NCBI RefSeq assembly: GCF_011386835.1
Contig: NC_088792.1
Span: forward strand, 233,740,001-233,804,000
Source: Chrysemys picta bellii
Lineage: Eukaryota
Reading direction: 5' to 3'
DNA: 64,000 nucleotides
Position 1 is the stretch's first letter. Every line of letters starts with the position of its first letter. Under the pieces are notes generated by a model. It had not been told where the DNA came from, searched no databases, and worked only from the letters and a program-made list of their open reading frames with translations. Both the position numbers and the translations under genes were made by a program. Below, one piece after another: positions 25,353-38,830 of the stretch.

Positions 25353-26394
25353 TCTCATCTTTAATTTAAACAAAATCATTTGTGGTCCCAATGGTTGAGG
25401 AGAAAGGCATGAAAATATGTTCCTCAAATGATCCAACATCAAAGTCAAATCAAAAGAGCCCAACATGTATTAATTTTCAAATATCATTATTTGAAAGCCA
25501 ATCTCTTGATCATTTGACTCATGAGTGTTGAATACTTGGGTTTGGAAATACTGGGGAAGATAGCAACAATAGTTCATGTATAGGAGCCCTCATACCTGTG
25601 TGAGCTTCTAGCTTCCAATCCAAAGTTCCCTGAAACCAGCGGAGGTCTTTCCAATGACTTCAGTGGATCAGGCCCCTACTGCAAAGGCAGCATAAACCAA
25701 AGGAGGAAGACAAGAAGGAAACCAAACCTATAAAGCGTGCAGTGTTTTTATTTGTATGAACATCATTTCTATTAAAATATTGAACTGTGTATGGAAATGC
25801 ATTTTGTAAACATTTTCTGTGTACTGTAACTCTTTTGAAATATCCATTAACTCCATGTTAAAAGAGAAATACATAAAAACTAGTCCCCACTAATTGGATC
25901 AATTTTTCTAAGGTCTAAAAGAGAAACAGTTTCTGGGATAATTTACATCTGCAGAGTCTGACTAGGTCTCAGTGTTAATTCATGTGACTTATGGGCAACC
26001 TGAGGACATTAACCTGGGCTGTTTGGAACATCCCAAGTTACCCTTGTGGCCTCTCGTGTCCATTTAATTCTAGAAAATGAAATGTGGATTTTCACTCATT
26101 CTAGATGAGAAAAACATGGTGTTATTGACTTTGCCTCTTATTTATTGAATGCAGCCATGGGATGGAAAGTAAGCAAACCTTGAAGATTCAGGTGTGTGGT
26201 GTGTTGAAATCTGATACAACTCATAGCTTGTGAGTAAAACAAAGAGAATCCATTGATGTAAACAAACTTAAATGTGGTTTATAACCCTATGGTCATTTTT
26301 CCTTTTCTTTTCTAAATATGTGCAGTTGGTGACATTTAAAAACTCTCGATTTTAAATTAATTTGGGGACAGGGAGGGGTGTTTTCTAAACTTTT

Positions 26395-26502
26395 GAACCA
26401 GATTCTGATCTTACTTACATTGGTGTATAATGGGAGTAACTTCACGGGCTTCCATGAAGTTACTCAGATCTTACCAGTGTAAGTGAGATCAGAATTTGGC
26501 CC
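26395..26502. repeat. Short palindromic MITE (Chompy-like)
   Basis: CAGATTCTGATCTTACTTACATTGG / CCAGTGTAAGTGAGATCAGAATTTG inverted arms. Confidence 0.7.
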
Positions 26503-27822
26503 TTTATTGCCAGATCATAGTTCTCACAGAAATGTGAAAATAAACAAAAAGCCAAAGGCAGGACTGGAAGGAAACCAGCCAGCATGTCAGGTTTGCATTA
26601 CTACTGGTAAAAAAAAAGAAAAATCCTATCTTTTAGAAAAAAAGATACTGTAGTTAATAAGAGATTTAAAGAAATCTGATTAGCACATCTGTGATGAATC
26701 AAATGCAATCAAAAATAATTTAATAAAAGCTGCCCTTTGTTGAACCCTACTTTGACTCAAGTTACAATAATCTTCTTAGCAAATGTGCCTTCCTTCAACA
26801 ATGAACACCCTGCAGCATTATTTTAACAAAAAAGTTTCATGATACCTTTTACACCTGCATTTTAACATAAATTATACTACTTCCACATTTGTGCACTACT
26901 TACCCAATGGATATATATAGTTATGCTGGGTGTCTATCCTTAGTTCTGTGGGCTGATATGTTGCTAGATGCTACTATCTAAGCAAGTTTTTAGTGTGATC
27001 AAAACCTGAGTGGAAGACCCCCGAGGAAGGTCCAGAGCTATAGCAAATGATGCAGGTGATACAGTAGATTGCTGTTTGAATCAGTATTTGACCAAGGCTC
27101 CAGTACAGTGTTAAGAGCTATACAGAAATTCCATTTTCTGTTGAAATGGGAAAGTGAGGTTCTGGCTACTTATGATCATTAAAGACCCTACAGAGCCTTT
27201 CACAATAATACAAGTGTCCTTGTCAAATTCTAACAAGGGTATTGATGTTCGAACTACTAAATACCCCCCGAAGGTTTTATGGACACATTGGTTTTCACTT
27301 CCAGCCTTACAAAATAATCTGCTGTGGTACAGAACTAAGGCCATGTACCATCCTTGCATTGGATGCCGTTTTGTGATGGGTAAGTGACCCACGATTCTCC
27401 CTCAATCTCTGATCTCCTTTTGGAGGTGGTAGACAGTGACAGCCATAGGGAGCCAGTTCTGGCTTTCTGATCCTCAGCTACCTAGCCCAGCAGAAGTTAG
27501 AGCAGCTGGAGGTCTACCCTAATTTCGGTCACACAACATAACAGAGCATCAGGCATAATTGACCTCAGCTCCACCACATCCCCTACTGCCCTTCCTCACC
27601 CCTAGTATGCCCTTGTTATGCCTCCTCCCAACCCTTACCATGGGGGTACCAGGCTATGCTCTATGCCAGTGGAGCCCTGGGGAATTCTCCTGTGGGAATC
27701 TCCAACCAGTTTAATGCCACTTTGTGATGTGTAGAGAGCACAAAGTGTCCTTAGTGGACTGGAGGATCTGCCCTAGGAAAGGATTTTGGGATCTTTCTAG
27801 ATGAAAGCTATTATAGGAATGT

Positions 27823-27824
<2 letters not shown>

Positions 27825-27864
<40 letters not shown>
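27825..27864. repeat. (AC)20 microsatellite
   Basis: Direct read. Confidence 0.98.
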
Positions 27865-27866
<2 letters not shown>

Positions 27867-29334
27867 TCCATAATATATTACAGATGGGTCCAATCCAAAA
27901 CCCCATATTCATCTCCTCTCCTTCTTAAAATACATTTCTTCCATGAAGCTCATCAAAGAAACAGTACTTTAACCTGCCGGCTCACTCCTCTATGAACACC
28001 ACTGAGGAACTTCCAAGATGTAACTGCCAGACTTTAGGATTGTAACTATTGTTCTGCCTTAACCCAACCCCACACATTGTTTATTTTTCTCCTTTTGTGA
28101 TTCATGCCATAATTTAGGGTTCAGTTCAGCAAGCTGCTGAATGCCCTCAAGTCAAATCAAAGGGAATCAAGGGGATGGAGCACTTTGTAGAATTGTAAGC
28201 TCCTTGGGGAAGGGACCATGGTTCCTCTGCCTATAAAGCAGCACACTTTTATGTGGCACTGTGCAAAGATATAAACAATAATGATAAATGTTGAAGAATG
28301 AAGAGGTTGTATAGCGCTATTTTCACAGAATCCAAAGGAATATTACCATTACGACATTTTTGTATCATAATAGCAATTTTGTATCATTTTAGCCAAAATG
28401 TAAATAAATAGGATAAAATATAATGGCATGTTGTTAACATGATATGATAGAATGCAGTAAAATTTGGTACAGTGTTGTTACACTTCTCTACAACCACAGC
28501 CTTGGATATCACACAACCCAGGGAAATAGGATGGCTTCATGGATAATAAAAAAAAACGAACAATGAATATCTGATCCAAACTTTGGTGAATAATTACTAT
28601 TAGTGATGTGAATATTTCCATGAAGGAGTTTTCTATTATGCTCATGGATAGTTTATTTTTGTAGTTCCTCCCCTGCCTCCAATTACCAGCAAAATGTCTA
28701 GGGTGGAAAACCATAGGCAATTCACGTCAAGAAGAATGTTCAGGCCAGGAGTTTTCCATTAACATATCTGCTAGACTGGAGTGAATTTATAACCCCTCAA
28801 AACAATACAAAGGGTTTCGGTATTAGACATAAATTATGTATAAAGCACTCAGTATGAACTGCTGTCCAGGTATTGAAGTAGATACATTAGGTGTCAAAAA
28901 TAAATGACAAAATCTCCATTCATGTTAGAGGTCAACTTTAAACTGACAAAATCAAGGAAATTCAGACTTATTGAGGAATCTCTCTGTCAATCGTATTACA
29001 CCATATTTTACTCATATTAGGCCTGCTTCTTTTCTTACTGAAGTCAATGTAAAACCCTCACTAATTTCCATGGGAAGACTGAGCCCTTCATGGTGTATGA
29101 TGAGTGAGGTTCCCTGGTGTTTGTTGTCTGATAATGGCTAGACAGGTGGGAAGCTGGGCATACTGCTCCTGAGATATTTATCTCAAAACAAATAAGCAAG
29201 CTGGAGACCGAAAAGTTTGTTTCCAATGTGTTTTTTTTCCAGTGTGAAGACACACTGATATTACTCCTCCTTCCTCCTGGCTCCCACCTCACACACTTTG
29301 CAAGACATCTGGTCTTAAAGTTAGCCTGTCAGCT

Positions 29335-29440
29335 CTTTGGGGAAGAGACTGATTCCTACTATTTGTTTGTACGGCACCTAGCATAATGGAACCCCAGTAT
29401 GATTGGGGCCTGAAGGCACTACTGCATTATACATAACTAA
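29335..29440 (+). mobile_element. L2-derived 3' tail fragment (similar copies about 28190-28285, 30145-30262 and 61770-61885 on -)
   Basis: CTCTTTGGGGAAGAGACTG...TTTGTACGGCACCTAGCATAATGG matches the tail at 25227-25352. Confidence 0.6.
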
Positions 29441-29632
29441 AGGCATTATGGTTCAGTGCCCCACAATTCCTGGGAACAGCTGACTTAACTATAAAGACCC
29501 AGCCTTGGCTCTGAATAACTGGAATTCTACCCTAGGCAATATAGGTAGAAAAGTAAGTGGAGCTAGCATTATGCAAGCATCAGGTGCATTTTCTCATGCA
29601 GAAGCTACGAAAAACAAATCAGTCTTATATGC

Positions 29633-29835
29633 CTTACCTGGGGTCCAGACGGCGCGGGATTGACGGCCGCGGCTCCCCCGTCGACTGCGCTACCGCCGCT
29701 CGCTCTGGTGGAGTTCCGGAGTTGACGGTGAGTGCATTCGGGGATCGATATATCGCGTCTTAACGAGACACGATATATCGATCCCGGATAAATCGATTGC
29801 TACCTGCCGATACGGCGTGTAGTGAAGACGTACCC
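29633..29835. mobile_element. One-ended PIF/Harbinger MITE, CpG-rich
   Basis: Right end GTAGTGAAGACGTACCC and interior (CCCGTCGACT, ATCGCGTC hairpin) homologous to 24938-25223. Left TIR absent. Confidence 0.75.
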
Positions 29836-30939
29836 GAAAGAATAAAATCCAATTAAATCCTTTAATATTTGAGCCTCCAGGGTGCTTAGAGATAATTTAA
29901 TTTAATTTAGTGGAGGATTATGAATGACACAATGAGTGGTAATGTTAAAAACTTTGCTTAACTAACTATTTTGTATAGTAAGTAGCTAGGTATTACAATA
30001 TAACCACACACTGCATTGATACTCACATTCTAAGGCAAAAGGATGAGAAGGAGGGTAACATCCTTTCTCTAACAGCACCGTAGTGGTGGATGGGCATATT
30101 TGTGTAGAACAATAGTACAAGAGAGCTACTTCAGAAAATGACAGAAGACCATAAGGTCTTTGGCCAGGGACAGTCTGTGTTTGTGCCATACCTAGCACAA
30201 TGGAGTCCATCTCCATGACTGGGGCTGCTTGGTACTACCGCTATACAAATCATAATAATATGCTGAAAGTTGCATCACTGCTCTGGTGCAATGAATACAC
30301 AATACAGCATGCACATTTATGGACTCAAATATTGCTTTCAATCAGTAATTACAGATTATTAACTAGTCAATCTCAAAAGTCATGCCTTTCATAATAAAAT
30401 ATAATCCATGGTCACTCATGAAGCCCACTAAATCAATGTTCAGAGAGGCCAGCAATCTCTGATACATATTCTTTTGGTCACATCAAACACTGATTAGCTG
30501 CATCAAACACTGTGATTAGCTAGATTGTGTGTCAAGCCACCCTGGTAACTGTGTCAAGGCAGTTGGCATATGGATTGCTTTTAGCCCACATTTTTTTCCA
30601 TAGACGTAGTGGCACCAGAAAGGTAGTGGCACCATAGTTAAAGCTGCAGCAAGATATGCAGATAGACTAGGACTAAAAATTCCTCCATAAATCCTTTAGT
30701 GAGTTAATCTCTTCTTCAAATGTAATGCATGGGGCGAGATTCTCCAGTCCCCCCCCCCCGTTCACTTTGCACTGCTTGTGTGCTACAAAGGGAACCTAAA
30801 CCAACCAGAAATTCCTACAGCAGAATTCCCTCCCGTACAGAGGAATTTCCAATAGCACAGCTGTCTCCTATGCCAGCTGCCCCTCACCCCCAGTATGTGC
30901 TGACTCCGGAGCTAATGCCATACCAGTTCATGTTAATTG

Positions 30940-31200
30940 AGCTCTGATTGAAAGACAGGCAGTTGGTGGAGGAGGCCAATTAAGTGAGTAGAGATACAAC
31001 TGAGAGGCTAATTGGGTGGAAGTATCTCCAGCAGCTAGGACTATATAAGCAAAGAGGACGGCATTGGTGGGAGGAGAGTAGGGATTGTGAAGGACAGCAG
31101 ATTGTTGCTCCATACTGCTCCCCTCCTCTTTTCCACAGAAGCAAGTGGGGAAGTTGGCTACTGATTGTAAATATAATAAAGCTGGGGTTGGTTAAAGAGA
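30940..31200 (+). mobile_element. Possible decayed solo LTR
   Basis: Ordered TATATAAG (about 31041) and AATAAA (about 31175) in a purine-rich tract. Termini and TSD not found. Confidence 0.25.
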
Positions 31201-31976
31201 CCTAGAGTGGTAGTGGTCAGTGACTGAGGTTGGAAAGGACCCTCAGGGAATCACCTTGTGCCACTTCCCTACATTTGATCCACTACTAGCATACACTTAT
31301 GTCACAGGAAGAAGTTAGAATAGGCCCCTTCCTATTTAATTTCCAGTGGGGCTGGACAGCTGAAGATTAGAGAGTTGCAAATGGGTTTTTTTGCAGCCAC
31401 CTCTAACTGCTATGTCCCCATGTAGAGGACAAAAATTGGATCAGTAACTCCTCAGGGGAATATTAATATTTCTACTTAATTTTCCCTGTGTTTGTGTTAA
31501 TTTATGTTAAATTGAGGCTCATTACCTTATTTCCTTGCTTTTCAAGCATTGTGTTGGGTGCGTTTTATCCTTAAGCCACCTTGATTCTAAACCAGCAAAG
31601 ATTTTGGTGGTGTGAATTATAAGTGGTTTTGGAGAAGGCATTTGTTGATCATACAAAATTTCAGTAGCAAAGTCAAGAAATGGAGGTAGGTAGTTCAAGA
31701 TCACTTAGGCCAGAAACCTAATCTATCTTAGTGGTTCATACAGTTCAATATAGAGAAAAGTAACAATAAAAATAAACAATGTTTGTTTTGCATCGCTAAA
31801 AAGATCGGCTATTTGATGAGGAGCTAGGAAATGTAAGCTTAAAACAACAGGAGAAGGCGGTTTCAAAAGCATATATGAAATGCTTTCTAAAAAGCTTAAT
31901 AACAGAGAATGGTTTATTAAGATAGATATTTGTATACATTAATTTTGCTATTAATTTCAATAGAGCCAGGCTCGCA

Positions 31977-32740
31977 CCCATGGATTTTAAAACTAAGAAT
32001 GACCACCGGGATCCTCTAGTCCGGGGTTCCCAAACTTGGTTCGCGGCTTGTTCAGGGTAAGCCCCTGGCGGGCCGCGAGACACTTTGTTTACCTGAGAGT
32101 CCCGCAGGTATGGCAGCTCGCAGCTCCCAGTGCCCATGGTTCGCCATTCCCGGCCAATGGGAGATGCAGGAAGTGGTGGAACGGCCCGCGCCACTTCCCT
32201 CAGCTCCCATTGGCCGGGAATGGCGAACCGCAGCCAATGGGAGCTGTGAGCAGCCATACCTGTGGACACTCAAGTAAACAAAGCATCTCGCGGCCTGCCA
32301 GGGGCTTACCCTGAGCAAGCCATGAACCAAGTTTGGGAACCCCTGCGTCTAGTCTGACCTCCAGCATAACACAGGTCCTAAAACTTCACCAAATCATTCC
32401 CGTAGTTGGGGGAATTATTCTTCCCTACTTTAGGCCTGATTCAAAGCCTATGGGAAGATTTCCATTAACTTCAAAGGACTTTGGACCAGGCCCTAAGTAA
32501 GTAAACACTATCAAACCTAATTGTGGGTGAATTAGAAAGACATCCAGCTTTAAAAGAATCCAGTGATTGTGAATTTATCACATCCCTTGGTAATCTCTTT
32601 CCAACATGAATGTTTCCAACTTCATCTTCTAGTTATTGGATCAGGTTATGCTTATGTCATCAAGATGAAAGAGCCATGTGTAGGTAAATTATAGACTGTG
32701 ATCAAATTGTCTCAAACTTCTGTGGGTGAGACTGATTATC
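31977..32740 (-). mobile_element. Old CR1 3' end fragment
   Basis: GATTTTAA...TCTAGTCTGACCTCCAGCATAACACAGG tail homologous to 42453-42780. Interrupted by 32021-32345. Confidence 0.6.
32021..32345. mobile_element. Fold-back (near fully palindromic) hAT MITE, 325 bp
   Basis: TIRs C(C/A)GGGGTTCCCAAACTTGGTTC. TSD CCTCTAGT / CGTCTAGT (7/8). Left and right halves are complementary along most of the length. Confidence 0.9.
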
Positions 32741-33612
32741 TGTAACAATGCAATTGCCACATCTCTGCTACCAGCATCTGAAATACACGTGCCAGAGTTA
32801 AATCTCCTCCTCTTGTATCTTTTGTCAATGGTTGCCATAGCAGAAGCCTGACTTAATGACTCAAATTACTATGACCCAGTGTTGGTTCACTGAACTTTTA
32901 AAAGGAAATCTATTTCTTGTGCTACTGCAGTGCAAAGAAAGATGTTTGTAAGGGCAAATCTTCTTCAGAATCCCCACTTTCAGTAACTGAGATATCCATA
33001 GAGTGGAATACTGGTTACCATTTGGGGCTCGTTACCAGTGAAATGGCTAGAAGAGGAGGCATACATGGGTTCTGGTGCTGCAGTGGTCTCACAAGAGTCT
33101 GTTAAATACAGAGGCTTCTGCTTTCTGATAAGTTTTCATAGGGGCAAAAGGTTGGACTCACAAACAAGGCTCTTTACTGCTACACCTTATTTCAAGAAGG
33201 TCAATCATTCACCACTGCACCAAATTTAGAGTGATGCAGCTAAAATGAAAAACCACCTCCAGCAAAACAGTCAAGTAGAATGACTAACATAATAATGGCA
33301 GTAGACCTGGAGAATGATGTTATTCCACCTAGCTTTCTTTAGTGTTGTTATTTATTCTAACACAGGGTATCCAGGGCAGGGGTTCTAAACCATCCTGCCT
33401 ATCTCATGTTGCTAACTGGGAGGTGGGTCCTGGCTAAATCCCAGGTAGATGGACCTGGGCAATTGGGGGATGCGCACATGGGAAAGGCTGAGAACCACTG
33501 TTCTAATGTTTCCTTCCCATAGTTTCATCCTACTTCTTTCTTCCCACAATACCCAGTACAAAAGAATGAACTACTCCTTGCTGTACTATACTAAAACCAC
33601 TTTAGGAATGTT

Positions 33613-33719
33613 GAGCCAAATGCTACTTTCAGTTATACTGGTGTAAATCTGGATTAACTCCACTGAAGTCAATTGGGTTTCTCCAGATTTACACCAGTGT
33701 AAAGAGCAACATTTGGCCC
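33613..33719. repeat. Short palindromic MITE (Chompy-like)
   Basis: Perfect 16-bp inverted pair CTGGTGTAAATCTGGA / TCCAGATTTACACCAG. Ends GAGCCAAATG / CATTTGGCCC. Confidence 0.75.
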
Positions 33720-35984
33720 ATTGTGTACTTCTGATAACAGTAATATAGGAAATCTGTTGCTGAAACTGGAAAGGTACAGCAGCGGGTACTAGTTTATATG
33801 ATATCAAATGTCTACTCTCCTTGGCTTCTCTTAAGCAAAAATTGTTAGATGATTTTCAGCCTGTTTGTAATTACATGTAATCTGAGATGTAATTTTGGTA
33901 TTTGCTGCTGACATACTTGCCTTTCCAGGATTCCATAGAGGATGAGAAGCTTAATCTCAAGAGGCTCTTGTAAAATAATTAATAAATAACCCAACTGGCT
34001 CAGGACTTTAGGGGTATATGAATTATAAAGGGGGATTAGCTAGATGTGGCTTAGAAAGTTTAGGAGAAAAAATTAAACTGTGATCTCAGAGTGGTACTGA
34101 CTCCTGAGAGAACAGGAAAGGCACAAATTGATGTCAAATTGTCTGAGAAAGTAACTAGTTCAAAAAGAAGAGCTCATGAATGAATGAAGGGTACAGATCC
34201 AAAAAAGTGGTTATATGGCAGGTGGCAGGAATTGTGGTAGCAAATTTGCTGAAGATGAGTGCTACAGGATTTAGTCAATAAGAAAACAGTCACAGTTAAG
34301 CACAACATGATTTGTTTTAGGGACTGAGCGAGGGGCAGTGGCTCAACTGCATTCTTGTCTTGACTTTCCCTATTTGCTCTTTTAAATACTTAGTCTTACC
34401 ATAATATCTTTCCACCAATGTCTTTTTTTGTTATAGTCTTTCATGCAGGCATTATAGCTTGTACATATATTAAACTACTCTCTTTGTAACAACACCCCTT
34501 CATAAGTACAAAGCAAATCATTATGTGGAAAGGGGAGAAGTTAAAAGCCCTAAATCTTTGACTCCCATGGATATTGTTACATTCGGTTAGAATGTACTTT
34601 TAATGTATGTATTTACCACTTGAATGTAGTATGTTTAAATAAGGGTATAACTGACAAGATTGTAAGGAGTTTTTTATTACTGATTTTTATATATAATATA
34701 TATACACACACAGGCACACACACATATGTTCAACTAGCCATGCATTTTTTTGCTCCCGTTTCCTAGCATAAAATTATTACCTTCCATGGAACAATGAAAA
34801 TGGAACAACTGCTTTCTAGACTGGTGACTGCTCCTTCTTTGAAGAGGCTCATAATAGGATGCATAAAACATCTGGAAGAATTAAATCAAAGGGTGGTGGG
34901 ATTCCCACTGGAGAACAAATGTCAAACAAGAATAAGAGTCTTGTGGAACAAATGAGATTTTGTCCTGTGAATTAGCAAGTACAACAGTTAGGCTTAACAT
35001 TGGATTGAGACAAAAACTCCTAAGAGGCCTATTGCTACAACTTTTACACACCCTCTGTGTTTCGAAATGAGAGAATTTGTAATTCGGTCAAAGAGCAAAA
35101 TGTCTGTTTTCTCCATCCACATACCACTCTATGAAATCTTCACAGTGCAATTCCTGGAAGCCACAGCTACATAAGTGTAGGAAAGACAGGCTGCGAGACA
35201 GACTGTCCCTGCATCTAATGAGAACTTTATTTAATTAGGAAAATAGGATACCCTTAAAGCTACAGTAGAAAAGCGTCCACTGAATTCAATAGCAGTTTAG
35301 GGTGAACCGAGAATGCAGGATCAAACCCACCATTTTGTTGAGGAAGGAGTGGAATTTGTAGTATCCTCTGACCCACTGCATCACCTACTCTCACATCTCA
35401 GCATGGGCATCTTTTTGTAACAGGACAAGCCATTCAGAGAACTCTTGCTGTTTCTACCATTCAAACATCTCAAGGGGCCAAATTTATCACTGATGTAACT
35501 CCAAAGCATTACCTCAAGGATGACTTTGGTTTGATACCTTTTTGAAGTATAGTTTTAAGAAGGAGGAGACTTACATTTAAAAGCAACTTCAGAAACTGTT
35601 AGCATGAATTATAGGAACAACTGATTGAAATACGGAGCAGCAAAACCACAAAAATATTGGAGTATTCTGTACCAATTGCCCAAATGCTACAGTACAACTA
35701 TTGTAAGATAAAGTATTTTAAACCATTATTTCAATGCTCTGCCTGCTCACAAAAATGGAACAGGAGGTCTGCGTGAATGGACAATATGAAGTTTTGGTGT
35801 ATAATTGTGATTGCATTAGAACAAGTACTAGGTGATTCTGAGTTTGGTATGAGCACGCTTCCCAAAGCAGTTGATGGCTTTCTCTAAAAAAATATTTGGG
35901 CACTTGTGGATGTATTTTTTAAAGCCTTTCATTTCTTCTGATGGGTAAAATGCTGTCATTCCACTGCAACTGCATTCCAGTGGG

Positions 35985-36110
35985 AAGAGGGTTGTTTAGT
36001 AGGGACAATTGGGGTTGAGGGGAAGAAACTTCTATTCTGGGCTCTGCCATTGGCTCAATGTGTGATTTAGAGCAACTCACTTAACCTTTTGGTGTTCCAG
36101 TTTGTAACAT
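35985..36110 (+). mobile_element. MIR/CORE-SINE 5' fragment
   Basis: TTCTGGGCTCTGCCATTGGCTCAATGTGTGATTTAGAGCAACTCACTTAACCT resembles the CORE domain. Confidence 0.5.
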
Positions 36111-37017
36111 TAGAGCAAACTCAGACCCCTGCCCCCCTCAAGAGGACATAGGGTTCATTTTTATACTTTTCAGGAACCTGGTAGTCTGGAGTGTCTATCA
36201 CCAACTGCTGTGTGCAGCCAAGACACAGATTCTCCGTAATACCCCTCCATGAAAATAAATTAACCTTTTCCAACTGCAAGATTATAAGATGCACATAATC
36301 ATAGTCACACATTAAGGGATACATTTCTAGAAATGCTGAGGTTTGGGCTTCCTGTTTGCAAGTTCTAACTGGGCCTGAAAAGCATGCCCTTTTCATGTGA
36401 CCATAACATTAATTGCATTTGTCAGCTAAAGGTGTCTTCAGTTCAAGTCACAAACATATAGTCAGTGTTATGAGTAGTGGCTGATAAGCCAATGTGATTA
36501 AATCTTTTGTTAATGCCGTATGTTTGAGGAAGCATCACAAACTCAACAACAGCCAAGTTCTGAGCATCTCTAATGGCATTCTGAATATTTCATACATCTC
36601 TGATCATTTCCTCTCTTCTTTCAAGGATGTTTTTGTGATATTTACAGACTACTAGTACCCTAACAATCAGAAACAGAAAGTGGCATTCTGCTCTGAAAAT
36701 GGCATGTTTATTATCTCTTGGTAATTTCCAAAGTAAGAGTGTTCAATTTACAAGTACAAAAATGTTTTTAACTGTCAGTTTTTCAAACAACCTAGGACTT
36801 GGAAGTCCATCTGTGTTCTTTCTGGCTTGTGCATCCCTGTCAGTGACAAAGATTCTGTGGGCCAAATTCTGTCCTCTATTACACTTGTGTTGCCTGTTCC
36901 AAATTTAGAGCTGATGCACACTTCCAAATTTAGAGTAGATAGAACTGTACTGAGGTCAACAGCACTCACTTACATCAGATCTGAATTACATCCATCGTCT
37001 TCAAATTAGGTTTTGAT

Positions 37018-37428
37018 TAGAGCTGGGCAACATTTATTGACCAAAACTTTTTTGGCCAAACATGCAGATTTGGGTTGACTGAAACATTTTGCCAATTCAT
37101 GCTGAGATCGCCAAATAGTTTTGACTGAAAAAAAAATCCAGAAAAAACTGAATTGTCTCAAAAATGTCAAAATAAAACAAATCCTTTTGATTTTTCAATT
37201 CAAAACAACTTTTTGTTTGGAAATTTCCTTAAATGGTATTTTTTAAATCTTAAAAAAACAGCTCAAAATAAAAATGAAATGTTTCATTTTGCATCAAACA
37301 AAATGTTTCAACTGACCCACAATGAATTTTTTTAAAATAAAAATCCTTGGTTCATCCCCAAACAATTTTCCCCTCTGATTTTTTGGAACTGCCAGTGAAC
37401 TGAAAAATCAGTTACTTTCATAGATCTA
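37018..37428 (+). mobile_element. Non-autonomous hAT-like element (TAGAGCTGGG family)
   Basis: Ends TAGAGCTGGG...TAGATCTA. Degenerate 8-bp TSD GTTTTGAT / GTTTTCAC. Confidence 0.62.
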
Positions 37429-37495
37429 GTTTTCACTTACATATACCTGTGCAACTCCATTGTAAATGGAATCCGGTGGAAAGAACTGTTTACAG

Positions 37496-37774
37496 GGCCT
37501 CGTCTAGACTAGGAAATGAGGTTGGTATGACTACTTCACTCAGGGGTGTGAAAAAGCCACACCCCTGAGCAACGCAATTAAACTGACCTAACCTCCAGTA
37601 TAGATAGCACTAGGCTGATGGGAAAATTCTCCTTCAACGTAGCTACCATCTCTTGGGAGGCGGAGTTCCTTTGCTGAAGAGACGCCCCTCCGATCAGCGT
37701 AGGTAGTGTCTTCACTGAAGCACTACTGTGGGGCCACTGTGCTGCTGCAGAATTTTTTAAGTGTAGAAAAACCC
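37496..37774. mobile_element. PIF/Harbinger MITE, older
   Basis: Degenerate TIRs GGCCTCGTCTAGACT / AGTGTAGAAAAACCC followed by TAA. GGGGTGTGAAAAAGCCACACCCC internal hairpin resembles 6490-6520. Confidence 0.62.
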
Positions 37775-38649
37775 TAAGTTTCAATTGTGGTGCCAAATTC
37801 TGCCCTCATTGTTGCCCTCAGTTAACCTTGTGAAGAATGGTAAGTCAGAACTGAGGGCCAGACTCTGTTAGGGATTCCATGTGAGTGGAGCCCTGTGCCT
37901 GTGTGTAGAGGTCCTTTACTAATTAAATTCTTTCTTAACTGATCTGTTCTCTGTCTCTGGTTACGTTAGAGACAAAAATAAATATTAACTTTTGCTCCTG
38001 CCAACTCTAAAGAGCGAACACAGCCATAGGCTAGTGAACTGAATTCTATTCCTTCTCATGTGTCTTCAACTATAATTTGAATACAATTTTAGGTTCTGAT
38101 CAGGCAAACACTTACACACATGCCTAACTTTATGTATGTGAGTTACACACGTGAGCAAGGATTATGAGTCATGTTAAGCCTGTTATGTTACATTAAGCAA
38201 GGACTATGCATTATGTTAAGCATATGCATAAGTTTTTGCAGGGTTGGGACCTTAGGTACCAAATATTGGAACAAATCATCATCTCCTATGAAGTAGTAAA
38301 GCATGAAGCAAAAATCTTTTGGAATTTTGAAACAGCATTATTTAATTTAAAAGTGATTCTGCAATTTAGCAACAGATAATGAAATGTTCTTCTGTGCAAA
38401 GAATTATTAACGTTCATAATCTCCACTGTCAGCAAATAGAAGATCTTAAAGCTCTTTTCAATTAAGACTCTGCTCCTTTCCCTTCAAAACAAAAAAGCGT
38501 TTGGGCTCCCGCAGTGTGGAACTTCCAAAGCCTACTTCCAATTTGGCAGCTATTGTTTTTTTTTTTAAACACACAAAGTGAACATTGCTTCTCTTCTCCC
38601 CCTCACGTACAAGTTAAAAATACTGTACATCTCCCAATAATTAGACTAA

Positions 38650-38830
38650 CATCTGAGGCTTTAAGCAATGTGGTCACTAAAGATCCCATGCACTTTTCGG
38701 AAGAGGTGGGGCATTAACTATGTGTTCCTGAACAAATTCCAAGTCAGGTAATTCTGCCTGCCTAAAAATCTCCCATTTAGTTTCAACTGGAGATGTTATT
38801 TTCTCTTACCCTTGTACTGAAACTGTAATC
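38650..38830 (+). mobile_element. Possible Deu-domain (AmnSINE-like) SINE fragment
   Basis: TAAAGATCCCATGCACTTTTCGGAAGAGGTGGGG...CCTGAACAAATTCCAA resembles the Deu core as recalled. Not verified by search. Confidence 0.33.

Noticed and set aside
27304-28770. Phase-compatible + strand exon pair (LQNNLLWYRTK... / PPLPPITSK...)
   Set aside because: Supported only by splice-like motifs, with no recognisable protein. Chance occurrence is likely.
32036-32330. Mirror-image 92-aa ORFs on both strands
   Set aside because: An artefact of the palindromic MITE.
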